A stretch of 64,000 bases of DNA, taken from the IMG/VR virus record IMGVR_UViG_3300030330_005471; one strand, given 5' to 3'. Positions 1 through 10,223 of the stretch are shown here, piece after piece. The translations under genes were made by a program, and so were the position numbers. The stretch's first letter is position 1; the number at the start of each line of letters is the position of its first letter. The notes beneath the pieces are model-generated. The model was given only the letters and a program-made list of their open reading frames with translations. It did no database searches and was not told where the DNA came from. This DNA is from a virus (lineage: Duplodnaviria; Caudoviricetes).

Positions 1-1
1 T

Positions 2-343
2 TCACTATATACTGTGAGGGAGCTCTATGATAATATCTATAAACGCATTAATATTCCTGTGGTGTTTGATTACCATCATCACCTTTTGCACGATGGAGGG
101 CAAGGAGAGCGAGAAGCTTTGGATATGGCTTTGTCTACTTGGCCTGTGGGTATTCGTCCTGTGGTCCACTATTCTGAGTCTCGAGCCGACGAGCACGGAG
201 ATCCTAAAATCAAGCCACAAGCTCATTCTGATTCTTATGTTCGGCCCATAAACACATATGGACACGAAATGGATATCATGCTTGAGGCTAAACACAAAGA
301 GCAAGCACTCTTTAAAATGCGTCAACTTATGGAGGAAAAATGA
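2..343 (+). CDS. uvsE: UV-damage endonuclease (UvsE/UVDE), C-terminal part; 5' end outside window
   Basis: Motifs PVVFDYHHH, PVVHYSESR, AHSDS and DIMLEAKHKEQAL are typical of UvsE; frame open from window start. Confidence 0.88.
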   Translation, partial: SLYTVRELYDNIYKRINIPVVFDYHHHLLHDGGQGEREALDMALSTWPVGIRPVVHYSESRADEHGDPKIKPQAHSDSYVRPINTYGHEMDIMLEAKHKEQALFKMRQLMEEK

Positions 344-432
344 GTTATACTTATCTCTGGGCTTTGTTTGCCCTTGTGTTTATTGTAATGCCCGCTATTG
401 GATCTTGGGCGATCCATCAGGAGTGGAAATGA
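340..432 (+). CDS. 30-aa single-TM membrane peptide (MSYTYLWALFALVFIVMPAIGSWAIHQEWK)
   Basis: GGAGG RBS; ATGA overlaps with both neighbours; hydrophobic. Confidence 0.6.
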   Translation: MSYTYLWALFALVFIVMPAIGSWAIHQEWK

Positions 433-1379
433 AAAAACTAGTAATAATTGACGGTCTCAACATGTTTTTGAGATCATATATCATAAACCCAACAATGGAC
501 CCTCAAGGTAATATGATAGGAGGAGCCATAGGCTTCTTAAAAAGCCTTCAGAAGACATGCAATGACTTCGACCCAGATGAAATAATAATCGCTTGGGATG
601 GCTCAGGAGGGTCACAAAAAAGAAAGGATATGGACAAGGGCTACAAAGCTGGGAGAAAGCCCGTAAGGTTCAATAGAAGAATGTTCGAACTTTCGGAAAC
701 GGAAGAAGAAAACAATAAAGCTTACCAGCACGTTAGACTTATGGAGTATCTTAATGAAATGCCGATTATACAACTTATTATTGACTACGTGGAAGCCGAT
801 GATATTATCGCTTATCTTGATGGACACGATAAATATCGAGACTATCACAAGTATATTGTCTCAAGCGATAGAGATTTCTTCCAACTCGTCGGAGACAGAA
901 CAAGCCTCTATCGACCAATTCAAAAGAAACTTGTCAACAAAGCTGATCTTCTTTCTGAACATGGTATTCATCCCAATAATTTTGCCCTTGCTAGGGCTAT
1001 TGCAGGCGACAAGTCAGATAACCTTGACGGGGTGCCTCGTGTTGGGCTTAAAACAGTTAAAAGTCGTTTTCCTTTTATGGCTGACGAAAAGGTTCAAACT
1101 GTTGAAACGCTTACAGAGTATTGTAAAAACTTGGACAAAAAGGTTAGCGTTCACACAAAAATTATTGAACATGCTGATCTGATTCAACATAACTATGAGA
1201 TCATGCAATTGTACGATCCATTGATAGGTGGAAACGCAATAAGACAGATTGATTACGCAGTTGACAATTTCGAACCAGAATTTAACAAAATAGCGTTTCA
1301 GAGGCTCCTAATGAAAGATGGCCAGATAACGATGAAGCTAGATAATCTTTATCGTGTATTTAAAAAAATAATTTCTTGA
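429..1379 (+). CDS. 5'-3' exonuclease / T4 RNase H-like flap endonuclease
   Basis: IIDGLN, AWDG, YKAGR, EADDIIA, SSDRDFFQL and GDKSDNLDGV motifs; real start is ATG 429, not 258. Confidence 0.92.
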   Translation: MKKLVIIDGLNMFLRSYIINPTMDPQGNMIGGAIGFLKSLQKTCNDFDPDEIIIAWDGSGGSQKRKDMDKGYKAGRKPVRFNRRMFELSETEEENNKAYQHVRLMEYLNEMPIIQLIIDYVEADDIIAYLDGHDKYRDYHKYIVSSDRDFFQLVGDRTSLYRPIQKKLVNKADLLSEHGIHPNNFALARAIAGDKSDNLDGVPRVGLKTVKSRFPFMADEKVQTVETLTEYCKNLDKKVSVHTKIIEHADLIQHNYEIMQLYDPLIGGNAIRQIDYAVDNFEPEFNKIAFQRLLMKDGQITMKLDNLYRVFKKIIS

Positions 1380-1403
1380 CAATACGTGAAAACGTGTTAT
1401 ACT
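1376..1403 (+). promoter_or_regulatory. sigma70-type promoter, class 1
   Basis: TTGACA-N16-TATACT with TG extension, upstream of helicase RBS. Confidence 0.7.
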
Positions 1404-1426
1404 TAATATTACATTCGGAGGAAAAC

Positions 1427-2782
1427 ATGGATAGAAAAGAAACATTTAGCAATATCGGAGGAAGACACTTTCAAGAGAGTTTGTGTCAGATTATGTTGGA
1501 GGATCGCCCTTTTTGCGATCAAATTATGGAAGTGCTTGAGATTGATTTCTTTGAGAGCGTCGATATCAGAGCATTTGTACAAATATTAACAGAATATAAA
1601 GAGAAATATTCTCCAACACCACATCCTAGTTATGAAATGATGGCATCGCTTATCAAAAGTAACATAAAAAACTTTGACAAAAGTACTGGTGAGAGATTAA
1701 AGAAGTTGTTCATTAGTTTTAAAGATAGACATATTGAGAACAAAGAGCATGTTGTTAACACATCAATAGACTTTTGTCGAAAACAAGCCTTGAAAAAAGC
1801 AATGATGAAGTCTGTAAAGCTAATACAAAATTCTTCTTTTGACGAGATCGAAAAAGAGATTCAAGCAGCTTTAACACTAGGTACAGATAACAATTTTGGC
1901 CATGATTACAGAGCAGACGCTGAGGCTCGTTTCGTAGTTCAGTCACGAAACCCAACAACAACTGGTTGGCCCCAATTGGACGAGATCACAAGAGGTGGTT
2001 TCGGAACAAGGGAACTTGCCGTCGTTATTGCTCCCACAGGAGCTGGTAAGTCGATGGTTTTGGTTCACCAAGGAGCAACAGCCCTTCAACTTGGAAAGAC
2101 GGTTGTACACTATACTCTGGAGCTTGCAGACACTGTTGTAGGTCAAAGATATGACTCTTGTATAACAGAGGTTGGATTAAAAGATTTGATTCATTCTAAA
2201 GATATTGTCATGGAAAAAATAAAAGATGTACCCGGTCGACTAATTATCAAAGAGTATCCGACGAAATCGGCGTCGACAAAAAATCTTGAAAACCATGTGG
2301 AAAAGTTATTAAAACGTGGCATCAAGCCGGATGTTATTATCGTTGATTATGCGGATCTATTGAGACCTAGAAAGTCATCATCAGAAAAGAGGCATGAATT
2401 GGAAAACATTTATGAAGAACTTAGAGCAATCGCCCAAAAACACGAATGCACTGTACTAACAGCATCACAAACAAACAGGGGCGGACTTAATGCCGAAGTT
2501 ATCACAATGGAGTCCATATCAGAAGCGTTTAATAAATGCTTTGTTGCTGACTTTATATATTCACTGTCTAGGACACCAACAGATAAGCAGTCCAACAAAG
2601 GACGCATATTTATTGCAAAAAACAGAAACGGACCCGATGGGCTCGTATATAATGCTTTTGTTGATTGGTCTAATGTCAAGATAAAGATTTTAGAAGAATC
2701 ACCAGAAGAGCCAGAGATAGGCGCTAAAGACGCCTTGTCATATTTAAAGAACAAATATTCAAATTTATCAGGATCAAAATAA
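1427..2782 (+). CDS. DnaB/T4 gp41-like replicative helicase
   Basis: Walker A APTGAGKS, HYTLE, IIKEYPT, IVDYADL, TASQTNR, KNRNG; GGAGG RBS before ATG 1427. Confidence 0.92.
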   Translation: MDRKETFSNIGGRHFQESLCQIMLEDRPFCDQIMEVLEIDFFESVDIRAFVQILTEYKEKYSPTPHPSYEMMASLIKSNIKNFDKSTGERLKKLFISFKDRHIENKEHVVNTSIDFCRKQALKKAMMKSVKLIQNSSFDEIEKEIQAALTLGTDNNFGHDYRADAEARFVVQSRNPTTTGWPQLDEITRGGFGTRELAVVIAPTGAGKSMVLVHQGATALQLGKTVVHYTLELADTVVGQRYDSCITEVGLKDLIHSKDIVMEKIKDVPGRLIIKEYPTKSASTKNLENHVEKLLKRGIKPDVIIVDYADLLRPRKSSSEKRHELENIYEELRAIAQKHECTVLTASQTNRGGLNAEVITMESISEAFNKCFVADFIYSLSRTPTDKQSNKGRIFIAKNRNGPDGLVYNAFVDWSNVKIKILEESPEEPEIGAKDALSYLKNKYSNLSGSK

Positions 2783-2792
2783 GGAGAACAAC

Positions 2793-4649
2793 ATGGGAAC
2801 TGCGAATAAAATATTATCAGAAATAACCGTACATATGAAGTACGCTAGGTATCTGCCGGAAAAACAGAGAAGAGAAAACTGGGACGAATTAGTTACCAGA
2901 AACAAGGAAATGCATCTTAAAAAATTTCCCAGTTTAAAAGAGGAAATTGAGTGGGCATATGCTTATGTTTACGACAAAGAGGTGCTGCCTTCAATGCGTT
3001 CAATGCAGTTTGGTGGAAAACCTATTGAAGTGTCGCCAAACCGTGTGTTTAACTGTGCATATGCTCCTATTGATGATATTCGCGTGTTTGGAGAAATTAT
3101 GTTTCTTCTTCTCGGAGGAACTGGTGTTGGCTATTCAGTTCAAACAAACCATATTGAAAAGCTTCCTTCTATCAACAAGCCAAACCCAAAGAGAGCCCGT
3201 CGTTATTTGATCGGTGACTCTATTGAAGGTTGGGCTGACGCTGTTTCTATGCTTATTAAATCGTACTTCAAAGGTACAAGTAAGGTGCGTTTTGACTTTT
3301 CTGATATCCGTCCGAAAGGTGCAAGACTAGTTACATCCGGTGGAAAGGCTCCCGGCCCACAACCACTGAGGGAATGTCTTGTCAAGGTTGAAGGAATATT
3401 GGATTCAAAGGATGAAGGAGATCAACTTTCATCTATCGAGGTTCACGATATTGTATGCCATATTGCAGACGCCGTTCTTGCTGGTGGTATTCGTCGTGCT
3501 GCTCTTATTTCGCTATTTTCGGCAGACGACCAAGCGATGTTATCAGCAAAAGCAGGTAACTGGTGGGAAACAAACCCCCAAAGAGGACGTGCAAACAACT
3601 CGGTAGTCATCATGAGGCACCGCATCGACAAAGACACCTTCTTGGACCTCTGGGAGCGTGTAAAGCAATCAGGAACAGGAGAGCCCGGTTTTTACTTCAC
3701 AAATGATAAAGATTATGGTTGCAATCCTTGTTGCGAGATCTCTCTTCGTCCCTTCCAATTTTGCAATCTCACAGAGATAAACGTAAGCGATGTCGAGACA
3801 CAAGTAGATTTCGAGAACAGAGCCCGAGCAGCAACCATCATTGGAACCCTTCAAGCTAGTTATACAGACTTTCACTATCTCAGACCGGTATGGCAGAGAA
3901 ATACAGAGAAAGATTATCTTATTGGTGTATCAATGACAGGTATCGCATCAGGAAATGTTCTTAAAATGGATATGCCTCAAGCTGCGGAGATTGTGAAAAT
4001 AACCAACGCAGAAATTGCGGAGAAAATAGGAATCAAACCTGCTGCCCGTTGCACAACAGTAAAACCTGCTGGAACCACCAGTTTGACCCTTGGAACATCA
4101 AGTGGTATTCATGCTTGGCACAACGACTATTATATCAGAAGGCTACGAGTTGGAAAGAACGAAGCAATATATCAATACCTTGCCATAAGACACCCAGAGT
4201 TGGTTGAGGATGAATATTTTAGACCACATGACACAGCAGTTATATCTGTACCGCAGAAAGCTCCTGAAGGCTCTATAACACGTCATGAGACCGCCTTAGA
4301 GTTACTAGAGAGGGTAAAGACTGTTCACCTTAACTGGGTCAAAAAAGGACATCGTTCCGGACAAAATACCAACAATGTTTCTGCTACTATCACCATCAAG
4401 CCTGACGAATGGGAAGAGGTTGGTGAATGGATGTGGGAGAACAAACACAACTATAATGGCTTGTCTGTTTTGCCCTACTCTGATCACACCTATATGCAAG
4501 CACCGTTTGAAGATTGTGACGAAGAAACGTACAACAAACTATTTACTACACTAGCTGTTATCGATTTGGACAATGTTGTCGAGATAGAAGATAACACAGA
4601 TCTAAAGGGTGAAGCCGCTTGTGCCGGTGGAGCTTGTGAAATAATCTAA
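2793..4649 (+). CDS. nrdJ: Class II (adenosylcobalamin-dependent, RTPR-like) ribonucleotide reductase
   Basis: PSMRSMQFGG, FNCA, GTGVG, RRAA, NPCCEI, CNLTE, TVKPAGT and C-terminal ACAGGACE; no beta-subunit gene adjacent. Confidence 0.9.
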   Translation: MGTANKILSEITVHMKYARYLPEKQRRENWDELVTRNKEMHLKKFPSLKEEIEWAYAYVYDKEVLPSMRSMQFGGKPIEVSPNRVFNCAYAPIDDIRVFGEIMFLLLGGTGVGYSVQTNHIEKLPSINKPNPKRARRYLIGDSIEGWADAVSMLIKSYFKGTSKVRFDFSDIRPKGARLVTSGGKAPGPQPLRECLVKVEGILDSKDEGDQLSSIEVHDIVCHIADAVLAGGIRRAALISLFSADDQAMLSAKAGNWWETNPQRGRANNSVVIMRHRIDKDTFLDLWERVKQSGTGEPGFYFTNDKDYGCNPCCEISLRPFQFCNLTEINVSDVETQVDFENRARAATIIGTLQASYTDFHYLRPVWQRNTEKDYLIGVSMTGIASGNVLKMDMPQAAEIVKITNAEIAEKIGIKPAARCTTVKPAGTTSLTLGTSSGIHAWHNDYYIRRLRVGKNEAIYQYLAIRHPELVEDEYFRPHDTAVISVPQKAPEGSITRHETALELLERVKTVHLNWVKKGHRSGQNTNNVSATITIKPDEWEEVGEWMWENKHNYNGLSVLPYSDHTYMQAPFEDCDEETYNKLFTTLAVIDLDNVVEIEDNTDLKGEAACAGGACEII

Positions 4650-4656
4650 GGAGTAT

Positions 4657-4845
4657 ATGATGAAAGAAAAAATGGAAGCACTTATTGAGAATCTCCAAGC
4701 AGCCATCGCTGACTTAGAGAAAGTTGAAGAACATGCATATGGCTACAAATCAGCAGCTGTTAGAGTTCGTAAAGTAATGCATGAAGCAAGAGGTGAACTT
4801 CAAGAGTTGAGAAAAGAAGTTCAAACAAAGAAAAATTTGGGTTAA
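4657..4845 (+). CDS. Histone H1-like (Hc1-family) small helical protein
   Basis: KSAAVRVRKVMHEARGELQELRKEVQ resembles the Hc1-like xKxAxxRxRK core. Confidence 0.6.
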   Translation: MMKEKMEALIENLQAAIADLEKVEEHAYGYKSAAVRVRKVMHEARGELQELRKEVQTKKNLG

Positions 4846-4847
4846 AC

Positions 4848-4876
4848 TTGACAAATACACTAAAGTGTGTTATAAT
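4848..4876 (+). promoter_or_regulatory. sigma70-type promoter, class 1
   Basis: TTGACA-N17-TATAAT. The same class occurs at 9609, 12618, 14583, 15056, 17149, 20793, 24767, 28354, 34979 and 61848. Confidence 0.8.
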
Positions 4877-4964
4877 ATATATATGCTGTCTTGTCTTGGG
4901 TACAAGATAGAGCCTGTGGCAACTCTTCTTTGCGTGACAGGCCGTTATTAAATTTGGAGGTATA

Positions 4965-5252
4965 ATGTTAAAAGATATATTTAATAGGCATGTTTGGATC
5001 GAACTGCTTGAAGAGGAAGAAAAGAAAGAAGATAAGGGCTTTTTATTGCCTGAAGGGTACGAAAAACCAAAGTCACCGTATGCAATAGGCAAAGTCTTAA
5101 TTTGTTCTGAGGATGGCAACCTGCATTTAAACACAGGAGACCTTATAGTTTTTCAAAGATCTATGCTTCAAGAGATGGAGATAAAGGGTGAGAAGATCTA
5201 TTTAATATTAGAAAACTACATCTTTGGGAGTATAGACAATGAAGTTAACTAG
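4965..5252 (+). CDS. groES: GroES-like co-chaperonin
   Basis: RHVWIE..EEEK..GFLLPE..EKP...GKVL..GDLIVF..IKGEKIYLILENYIFG follows the Cpn10 pattern; 95 aa. Confidence 0.72.
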   Translation: MLKDIFNRHVWIELLEEEEKKEDKGFLLPEGYEKPKSPYAIGKVLICSEDGNLHLNTGDLIVFQRSMLQEMEIKGEKIYLILENYIFGSIDNEVN

Positions 5253-5916
5253 AGAATATTTAAAAAAACTGATCATGGAGCAAATGGGCCTACCTCCAGT
5301 AAATGAAGCACAAATGTCTCTTGGAGAAGCAAGAGCAGCCTTGGCATCACAGTTTGACGCTGGTGGCCCTTTTACAGTTGCGATGCTATCAGCTGAGAAC
5401 CCACCAAATCCGCCACCAGATTGGAACAACGAACAGATGATGAAAAATCTTGAAAATGACATGATTCAGAGAAATATGAATTACTACCTTATCGACGGTC
5501 AGTATTTTGGAACAGCAGAGAAATCTTATCTTGTTGTTAATTCACCAAAAGGTCAGATCATACATTTGGGCAAGAAATATCTTCAAGATTCTGTTATTTG
5601 GGGAGAAAAACAAAGAGCAATGGCCGACGAAGGTGCTGGTCCGAATATCTTTTTCCGTTTCTTCTTTATTCAATGCCACCCAGAAGAGGGACCAAAGTCT
5701 CCGAAGTATACTATTTCAGATGAAAAAGACGTTATCTTGAGTGACGAAAGTATCCAAGCAAGAGAGGATATGTTCTCAAGGATTGGTGGAGAAAAATTTG
5801 TTATTCCTTTCTTCACAGACCCAGAGATGGAATATAAAGCAAATGTCAGACCAGAAAAGATGGACACTATCGACGGTAGACAGGTTGGTGGAATATATGA
5901 GGTGAAAGGTGAGTGA
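5239..5916 (+). CDS. Hypothetical protein with N-terminal MKLTxxxLKKLIxE tag and SAENP domain
   Basis: Shared N-terminal tag; CTATTTA at 5198. Confidence 0.75.
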   Translation: MKLTREYLKKLIMEQMGLPPVNEAQMSLGEARAALASQFDAGGPFTVAMLSAENPPNPPPDWNNEQMMKNLENDMIQRNMNYYLIDGQYFGTAEKSYLVVNSPKGQIIHLGKKYLQDSVIWGEKQRAMADEGAGPNIFFRFFFIQCHPEEGPKSPKYTISDEKDVILSDESIQAREDMFSRIGGEKFVIPFFTDPEMEYKANVRPEKMDTIDGRQVGGIYEVKGE

Positions 5917-6655
5917 TCGATACAATCGAACATTATTTTTATATAATGATCAGATTGGTAGGGTTAGTTATGTTGACCATATGGGTTCTGACCTTACCAT
6001 CGTTAATAGTGCTAGGGTCAGCTTTGGTAATACAAAAGATGAACTTGATGATAGGGATAAACGATTGGTTAAATATCTCGTTAAGCACAAGCACACTTCA
6101 ACATTTGAGCACAACGTTGTTACTTTTAAATTTGTCGTGCCTCTCTTTATACGTTCTCAGCACCACCGACACCGTACGTGGTCTTATAACGAGATATCGA
6201 GAAGGTATACAGATAAGGGCATGGAATTCTATTTACCGAGAGTATTTAGAACCCAACATAAAAGCAACCGACAAGCATCAAACCCCGAAGACTTGATAGA
6301 CCCAAAGGCATGGCCAGAAGACAGTATTTTGGCAAAAAGCTCATTGACGATGTCCGATCTTTTACGCATCAGAACAAACGAGTGTCTTGGCACATATAAC
6401 GACATGATAGAGCGAGGAGTATGCCGAGAACAAGCAAGAATGGTTCTCCCTCAGAATCTATATACAGAATACTATGGAACTTGCAATCTTTCGAATCTAC
6501 TTAAATTTATAGACCTTCGCACCCATGAGGGTGCTCAGTGGGAGATTCAAAAAGTTGCAGAAGCATGTTTGGAAATTGCTAGCGACTTGTGGCCTGTGGC
6601 TGTTGAGTCGTATCGTGACATCAAACATGGAAGAATTTCAGAAAGCACCACCTAA
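5909..6655 (+). CDS. thyX: Flavin-dependent thymidylate synthase
   Basis: ARVSF, HTSTFEH, RSQHHRHRTWSYNEISRRY, REQARMVLP, AQWEI. Confidence 0.96.
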   Translation: MSDRYNRTLFLYNDQIGRVSYVDHMGSDLTIVNSARVSFGNTKDELDDRDKRLVKYLVKHKHTSTFEHNVVTFKFVVPLFIRSQHHRHRTWSYNEISRRYTDKGMEFYLPRVFRTQHKSNRQASNPEDLIDPKAWPEDSILAKSSLTMSDLLRIRTNECLGTYNDMIERGVCREQARMVLPQNLYTEYYGTCNLSNLLKFIDLRTHEGAQWEIQKVAEACLEIASDLWPVAVESYRDIKHGRISESTT

Positions 6656-6908
6656 ATTTAAACTCGGAGACTTGGTTAAAATTCGAAACCTCGGTCTCTT
6701 ATTTGCTCAATATGAAGGTGCTCAAGCTGAATATGGCTTGATAAGTTGCGAAGCATATCATTATACAAAATCAAGCACCAAAGACTTACTTCTTTTTGGT
6801 TGGTGGACTTATGACGTTTTAATAGATGGACAACTAATTAAGATGATGCCAGAAACATTTTTAGAAGAGGTAAAAGTAGATGAAAATAAGGATACTGAGA
6901 GAGAGTAA
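6627..6908 (+). CDS. Small 'GDLV' SH3/KOW-like family protein
   Basis: KFKLGDLVKI...GLI...FLEEV; probable start ATG 6627. Confidence 0.6.
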   Translation: MEEFQKAPPKFKLGDLVKIRNLGLLFAQYEGAQAEYGLISCEAYHYTKSSTKDLLLFGWWTYDVLIDGQLIKMMPETFLEEVKVDENKDTERE

Positions 6909-7944
6909 GGTACCTATAACAACAGGTCGATATCTTCAAACTCAAGCAAAACAAGCAGTTGGTGATTTCTCCCATGCACCAGAAGAAGTTCAAAGCTCTA
7001 GAATGGAAATAGCTATGAATATAGATAGATTTCTTCAAAGACCATTCGTCACAGTTGGGGACGAGTTTGAAGAGCCCGATGGTTCGGTAACAACCATCAG
7101 CAATCCAAAAGAAACGAATCTTCTTCTTTATGTATACAGAGGTGTTGATGAAGAAGGAAATTTACAACAAAAAGAAGACGTATCAGCAGTCAACAGAGAA
7201 CTTGATGAAAGAGTTAACCATTTTTTAATGTCATTAAGTCCGTTTGAAAAGAAAGTGTTGGCTTCGGATATAGATTTTATAATCAAAAGCATGGCTGACG
7301 AACGCTCCGAAGAACAAGAACAAACACACCAGTCAACACACATGTTAGCAAATGCTCCCGGACACTTTGATGATTACGTTTTTGCAACAAGAACCCGCTC
7401 AGTCTACAAAGACACCCGAGCCGGTAAAGATTTTATGCTCAAGAAGACACCCGAGCTGAAAAACATCCCAGAACAACACCACTTTTTATTCTCAATGGAA
7501 AACTTGATGGAAAGAGTAAAGCAAGGACTCAACCAACAACCAGATCCTGAGATTCCACCTCTAGATGATGTTGGGTATGATGCGAACTATCGTTTGGGCA
7601 CCAGAACGGAACAAATAGAGAAAGAGCAAAAACGCGAAGCTTCTGATTCTGATAAAGCTCTTGCCAAGACCGTTCAAAATTTGTTTATGATAACATACAC
7701 CAATCCTGCTTCTTGGGTATTGAAAATGAGCGATCAAGATCAGTTGGAGTTATTTGGTCCTTATTTCGAAGCCTTGCTATACAAGATAAAGGATAGACTA
7801 GACAACGCTGAGTATCCCAAAGAGTTTTTTGAACTCGAGAAGATAGCTGACAATGTTCCTTTGGTATTTTTTGACAAATACGAAGAAGCATTGGAATCAT
7901 ATATAGCTGGTATAGAAGCTTACGGATTCGAGCCGGAAGATTAG
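6880..7944 (+). CDS. Hypothetical protein with MKIRILRE N-terminal tag
   Basis: Long ORF; CTAATTA at 6834; N-terminus like that of 58990 (MKIRIIKE). Confidence 0.75.
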   Translation: MKIRILRESKVPITTGRYLQTQAKQAVGDFSHAPEEVQSSRMEIAMNIDRFLQRPFVTVGDEFEEPDGSVTTISNPKETNLLLYVYRGVDEEGNLQQKEDVSAVNRELDERVNHFLMSLSPFEKKVLASDIDFIIKSMADERSEEQEQTHQSTHMLANAPGHFDDYVFATRTRSVYKDTRAGKDFMLKKTPELKNIPEQHHFLFSMENLMERVKQGLNQQPDPEIPPLDDVGYDANYRLGTRTEQIEKEQKREASDSDKALAKTVQNLFMITYTNPASWVLKMSDQDQLELFGPYFEALLYKIKDRLDNAEYPKEFFELEKIADNVPLVFFDKYEEALESYIAGIEAYGFEPED

Positions 7945-7952
7945 GAGGAAGT

Positions 7953-8759
7953 TTGGATAAATTATTTTTCGACAAAGTTGTTGTTGGTGGTTCTCTAACC
8001 GCTGTTCTTTATGCTTATAAAAATAACCTTCCTATAATAGTTGATATTCCTCACATACCTTTTCAACTTGATTTGTGCCCTGATCATTGGGATTTATCAT
8101 TTATTGGCTTTTCTAACAAAACGAGACATAGAAAGAGTCAAGTATGGGACAGATTGCTCTTTATAATGTCAATGGCTGGTCTTGTGGTCTTTCCAAACAA
8201 TATACAAACGTTCAGATTTCAAGATAATGAAATAACAATAATAACACTGGATAACAAGAAGATTGAAGTATCGTTTAATCAGGTTGTAGAGTTTGATAAA
8301 GAAAAGACCGATGAAATAGTACTATATGACTGGTTTGCAGTCAGATCTGGTGCAAGGCACAAGTTTAACGCCTTGGCAGACCCAACATCAGAGTTCTGTC
8401 ATACACTGTTGTTTCACCCATCGACCAGAAAGGCAACTAGAAACGATGTGAAAGATGTTTGTGCGATATCAACCATTTCAGAAAAAGACGTCGATGATGC
8501 GTATTACTCAGAGACATATGCCAGACTGAAAACATTAAGAATGATGAAGGAAGCAGGAATCCGAGGTCAATCAAATGGTTATAACAAACATGGAAAACAG
8601 CTTCACTATGCTGTAAAAATAGAACATATGTATCGAGAGATATACTACAAATACAACAATGGTTTTTCAATAGAAGAAATACTTAAAACAGATTTAGATA
8701 AACGGAGTCAACTTTGGAAATTAACTCAAAACCTCATAATACAAACTCTTACCACTTAG
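7953..8759 (+). CDS. Hypothetical protein with degenerate Rossmann-like start (VVVGGS)
   Basis: AGGAGG RBS, TTG start, 268 aa. Confidence 0.65.
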   Translation: MDKLFFDKVVVGGSLTAVLYAYKNNLPIIVDIPHIPFQLDLCPDHWDLSFIGFSNKTRHRKSQVWDRLLFIMSMAGLVVFPNNIQTFRFQDNEITIITLDNKKIEVSFNQVVEFDKEKTDEIVLYDWFAVRSGARHKFNALADPTSEFCHTLLFHPSTRKATRNDVKDVCAISTISEKDVDDAYYSETYARLKTLRMMKEAGIRGQSNGYNKHGKQLHYAVKIEHMYREIYYKYNNGFSIEEILKTDLDKRSQLWKLTQNLIIQTLTT

Positions 8760-9625
8760 CCGGTATTGTTCCTTGTGCGGGACAACCCTTAGACTTTGGC
8801 ATGGAATGGCCAGACTTTATGATGCCAGTAGCAGCAAATTATACAATGCTCGAGGCTGCCATATATGAGTGTGCATATGCCGGATGTGAAACGATATGGG
8901 TTGTCCTACATGCAGATACCGCACCATTTGTAAGATACCGTATCGGAGACTTTATTCAAGATCCTGTTTGGGCGTTTAGAAAACACGACCCATATCCTGA
9001 CGAGTCGAGACGAAGGATACCGATATTTTACGTACCAATACACCCGAAAGATAGAGACCGAAGAGATTGCCTCAGTTGGTCAGTCATCCAAGGAGCACTA
9101 ACTTGTCTCAAGGTGTCTTCAAAGCTCTCTAAGTGGTTAATACCGGATAAGTATTGGGTATCTTTTCCATATGGAATATTCAATCCATCTGAGATAAGAG
9201 AACATAGGGGTAAAATCTCTTCTGACAAAAACTTTTATATCACATACAAAGGTCAAGCCATGAATGAGAATAATTTCACTTCGTTCTCGTTTGGTAAAGA
9301 CGAGTTCATTCGATATCGACGCAATATACGAACAGGAACCGGAATGTATGCCGATGGTGAATATAATGCTTCCGGAGCTCCATCAAGAGTATTACCAACT
9401 ACAGAACAATACTCCGCCAGATGGTTTGACCTTAAATATGTGTTTACAGAACTAGATATAACACCGGACAATTCTTATGAGCCAAAAGAATTTTTTAATC
9501 TCGGATCATGGGATGATTATAGAAACTATTTATCTTCGGAGTACTCGCGTTCTGTTAAGAGACCACATGAAAGAATAATAAAATATTCAGAATTTCAAAG
9601 AATTGCACTTGACAGAACAGACTAA
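8714..9625 (+). CDS. Sugar-phosphate nucleotidyltransferase-like protein (degenerate)
   Basis: AGIVPCAG...PDFMMPV..YTMLEAAIYECAYAGCETIWVV follows the NTP_transferase N-terminus. Confidence 0.6.
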   Translation: MEINSKPHNTNSYHLAGIVPCAGQPLDFGMEWPDFMMPVAANYTMLEAAIYECAYAGCETIWVVLHADTAPFVRYRIGDFIQDPVWAFRKHDPYPDESRRRIPIFYVPIHPKDRDRRDCLSWSVIQGALTCLKVSSKLSKWLIPDKYWVSFPYGIFNPSEIREHRGKISSDKNFYITYKGQAMNENNFTSFSFGKDEFIRYRRNIRTGTGMYADGEYNASGAPSRVLPTTEQYSARWFDLKYVFTELDITPDNSYEPKEFFNLGSWDDYRNYLSSEYSRSVKRPHERIIKYSEFQRIALDRTD

Positions 9626-9635
9626 GTGTGTTATA

Positions 9636-10223
9636 ATGTCAATAAGAATAAAAAAATATAAAAAACTCTTAATGGAGGTCAAATTCTTTCGAACCGAACT
9701 CGAGTATCAAGAAGAAGTGTTATCTGAATATCATCAGCTTTTCGAAGAGTATTATCAAAGATGGTGCGGCGAGAATGATATTGATTTAAATTCAGTGAAC
9801 AAAGAAAACACAGAGAGGGTAGAAGCAGCAATCAATTCCTCAGAACAAAGGCTGCTTAATATAAACAAAAAACCAGAGAGAAAAGAAGAAAAAAAGATTA
9901 GTAAACTCTACAAACAATTGGCAAAAGAATCTCACCCAGATAAAAATAATGGTGACGATAAAGAGTTTAAAATAATAAACCAAGCGTATGAGAATGGAGA
10001 TTGGTCCATACTATTAGAAAAGGCCTTAGAAAGAGAAATAGAACCAGACAATATTCATGAAATGATTCCATTGCTTAGACAAGAGTCTGAAAAACTTAAA
10101 CAAAAAATAGAGAGAAATAATGGAATGTATTCGTGGAAGTATTATCAATGCGATGAAGACGAAGAATGTAAGACCAAACTAGTTAAGAATTTCTTAAGAC
10201 AATTATTTAAAATGGAGATATAA
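9636..10223 (+). CDS. J-domain (DnaJ-like) protein
   Basis: ISKLYKQLAKESHPDKNNGDDKEFKIINQAYE; start uncertain. Confidence 0.8.
   Translation: MSIRIKKYKKLLMEVKFFRTELEYQEEVLSEYHQLFEEYYQRWCGENDIDLNSVNKENTERVEAAINSSEQRLLNINKKPERKEEKKISKLYKQLAKESHPDKNNGDDKEFKIINQAYENGDWSILLEKALEREIEPDNIHEMIPLLRQESEKLKQKIERNNGMYSWKYYQCDEDEECKTKLVKNFLRQLFKMEI

Noticed and set aside
258-428. N-terminal extension of the exonuclease ORF
   Set aside because: Overlaps uvsE and a small membrane gene; the family motif starts at ATG 429.
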